Source of the DNA: Nitrososphaeraceae archaeon
GTDB taxonomy: Archaea > Thermoproteota > Nitrososphaeria > Nitrososphaerales > Nitrososphaeraceae
Direction: 5' to 3'
Length of the DNA: 64,000 bases
NCBI GenBank assembly: GCA_035250975.1
Contig: DATFEP010000013.1
Coordinates: 1-64,000, forward strand
The position numbers and the translations under genes were made by a program. The notes below the pieces were generated by a model. That model saw nothing but the letters and a program-made list of their open reading frames with translations. It was not told the DNA's origin and made no database searches. This document shows, in pieces, positions 62,667 through 64,000 of this stretch. Position 1 is the first letter of the stretch, and each line of letters begins with the position of its first letter.

Positions 62667-63836
62667 ATGTTTAGAATTTTTGTGGGTGCGCTAATGATTC
62701 CGATTTTATTTATGGTAATAAATCAGTCTAATTCAGATAGAACGTTTGTATATGCTAATTCAGATAGAACGTTTGTATATGTTTCTAATGGTGGTGATGG
62801 AAATATTGCAGTCATGAAGTTAAACTCTGAAACAGGCGATATGAATTTGGTGGAAAAGGTACCTGCCGGGCCAAACGTAATGCATATGACATTGAGTCCA
62901 GATCATCGGTTCCTTTATGCCTCTGTTCGTTCAGAACCTTTTTCAGTAATTTCTTATTCGATTAATTCTGAGACTGGTAATCTAGCTTATCTTTCTAAAG
63001 AACCATTACCCGATAACATGGCATATGTCTCAGTAGATCAAACCGGACGTTTTCTTTTATCAGCATCCTATACTGGTGCAAAAATTGCGGTAAATCCAAT
63101 AGACCTCAAAGGTTTCGTCCAGGCAGAACCTGTACAGGTAATTCCCACGGGTCAAAATCCCCATTCAATTTTAGTTGATCAATCCAACCGTTTTGTGTAT
63201 GTACCTCATTTAGGAAATGATGAGATAAAACAATTTTTGTTTAATGAATCCACTGGAGCTCTTACGCCAAATGATCCTGATCTTGTATATACTAAAGATG
63301 GTTCTGGACCACGGCATTTTGATTTTTCACCAAATAACAAGTTTGTTTATGTATCAAATGAAATGGATGGTACGGTTTATTCTTATGAGATGAATAACAA
63401 GACAGGAATTTTAACGGAAATCCAGAGAATTTCAGTATTTCCTCCTAACATAAACCTTGAACCATCACCTCCTGTAGCTGGATATGGTGTCCAAGCTATG
63501 AAAGATGGGGAAGCTACTACTATTAAAGTTGCAGATATTCACGTAACACCTGATGGTAAATGGTTATACGTAAGTGAAAGAGCTACCAACACAATTACCG
63601 CATTTGCTGTTGACCGTCACTTGGGTAATTTGACTTACATTGGAACCTACGATACTGAAAAGATGCCACGTGGTATTAACATTGATCCTAAGGGTAATTT
63701 TGTAATTGTAGCAGGACAAAAATCAGATCATGTATCGGTACACGCGATCAATCCAGAAACTGGTGAATTAAAACTCTTGGATCGGTATGAGTCGGGTAAA
63801 GATCCAAACTGGATTGAAATTGTTGAATTTCATTAA
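62667..63836 (+). CDS. Lactonase family 7-bladed beta-propeller (6-phosphogluconolactonase-like) with a signal peptide
   Basis: PHSI, VPHLGND, GSGPRH, VSNE, ADIHVTPDGKWLYVSER, PRG, PNWI. Confidence 0.92.
   Translation: MFRIFVGALMIPILFMVINQSNSDRTFVYANSDRTFVYVSNGGDGNIAVMKLNSETGDMNLVEKVPAGPNVMHMTLSPDHRFLYASVRSEPFSVISYSINSETGNLAYLSKEPLPDNMAYVSVDQTGRFLLSASYTGAKIAVNPIDLKGFVQAEPVQVIPTGQNPHSILVDQSNRFVYVPHLGNDEIKQFLFNESTGALTPNDPDLVYTKDGSGPRHFDFSPNNKFVYVSNEMDGTVYSYEMNNKTGILTEIQRISVFPPNINLEPSPPVAGYGVQAMKDGEATTIKVADIHVTPDGKWLYVSERATNTITAFAVDRHLGNLTYIGTYDTEKMPRGINIDPKGNFVIVAGQKSDHVSVHAINPETGELKLLDRYESGKDPNWIEIVEFH
62728..62781 (+). repeat. 27-bp in-frame tandem duplication
   Basis: CTAATTCAGATAGAACGTTTGTATATG occurs twice (NSDRTFVY twice). 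Confidence 0.92.
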
Positions 63837-64000
63837 AAAATCAAAGAATATCGAATTTGCGATTTTTTGTTAGTTTCGACCAAAATAAATGTATTTTTAA
63901 ATATGTCTATTTTTTAATTTTCATGAATATTTGTGATACTTGTATGTTTTTAGAAAATTTAATTATCTAAGGTTCAATTAAATGTAATCAGGATAGTCTG

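Overview
AT-rich archaeal chromosome segment. Its gene content (archaeal urease cluster, DnaJ-ferredoxin fusion, cupredoxin, many secreted hypotheticals) points to an ammonia-oxidising archaeon of the Nitrososphaeraceae, probably Nitrosocosmicus-like; this is an inference. The left end holds a tyrosine integrase next to tRNA-Val(GAC) and decayed IS6- and IS481-like transposases. The centre (about 11-32 kb) is a large urea-utilisation island: ureABC, a divergent chaperonin plus an unknown ORF inserted before ureEFGD, UT- and Dur3-type urea transporters (Dur3 fused to a USP domain), NikR with a GTATTA-N16-TAATAC operator in front of a TroA/ZnuABC-type transporter, an orphan ParB-like protein, an Lrp-like regulator and two PII proteins. 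Next come metabolic and secreted-protein genes (SIS, MpgP, GH38, SelB-like, class III cyclase, esterase, creatininase, HtrA, radical SAM, YjbQ). The right end is a decaying accessory region with pseudogenes and a tRNA-Thr-like att remnant. The most notable unexplained signals are a co-varying 18-bp palindrome family (candidate ParB or activator sites), the urease-embedded chaperonin, a 58-nt inverted copy of the ureC 3' end, and a ~330-bp diverged repeat present at both ends of the window. All calls were made by eye, with no database searches.
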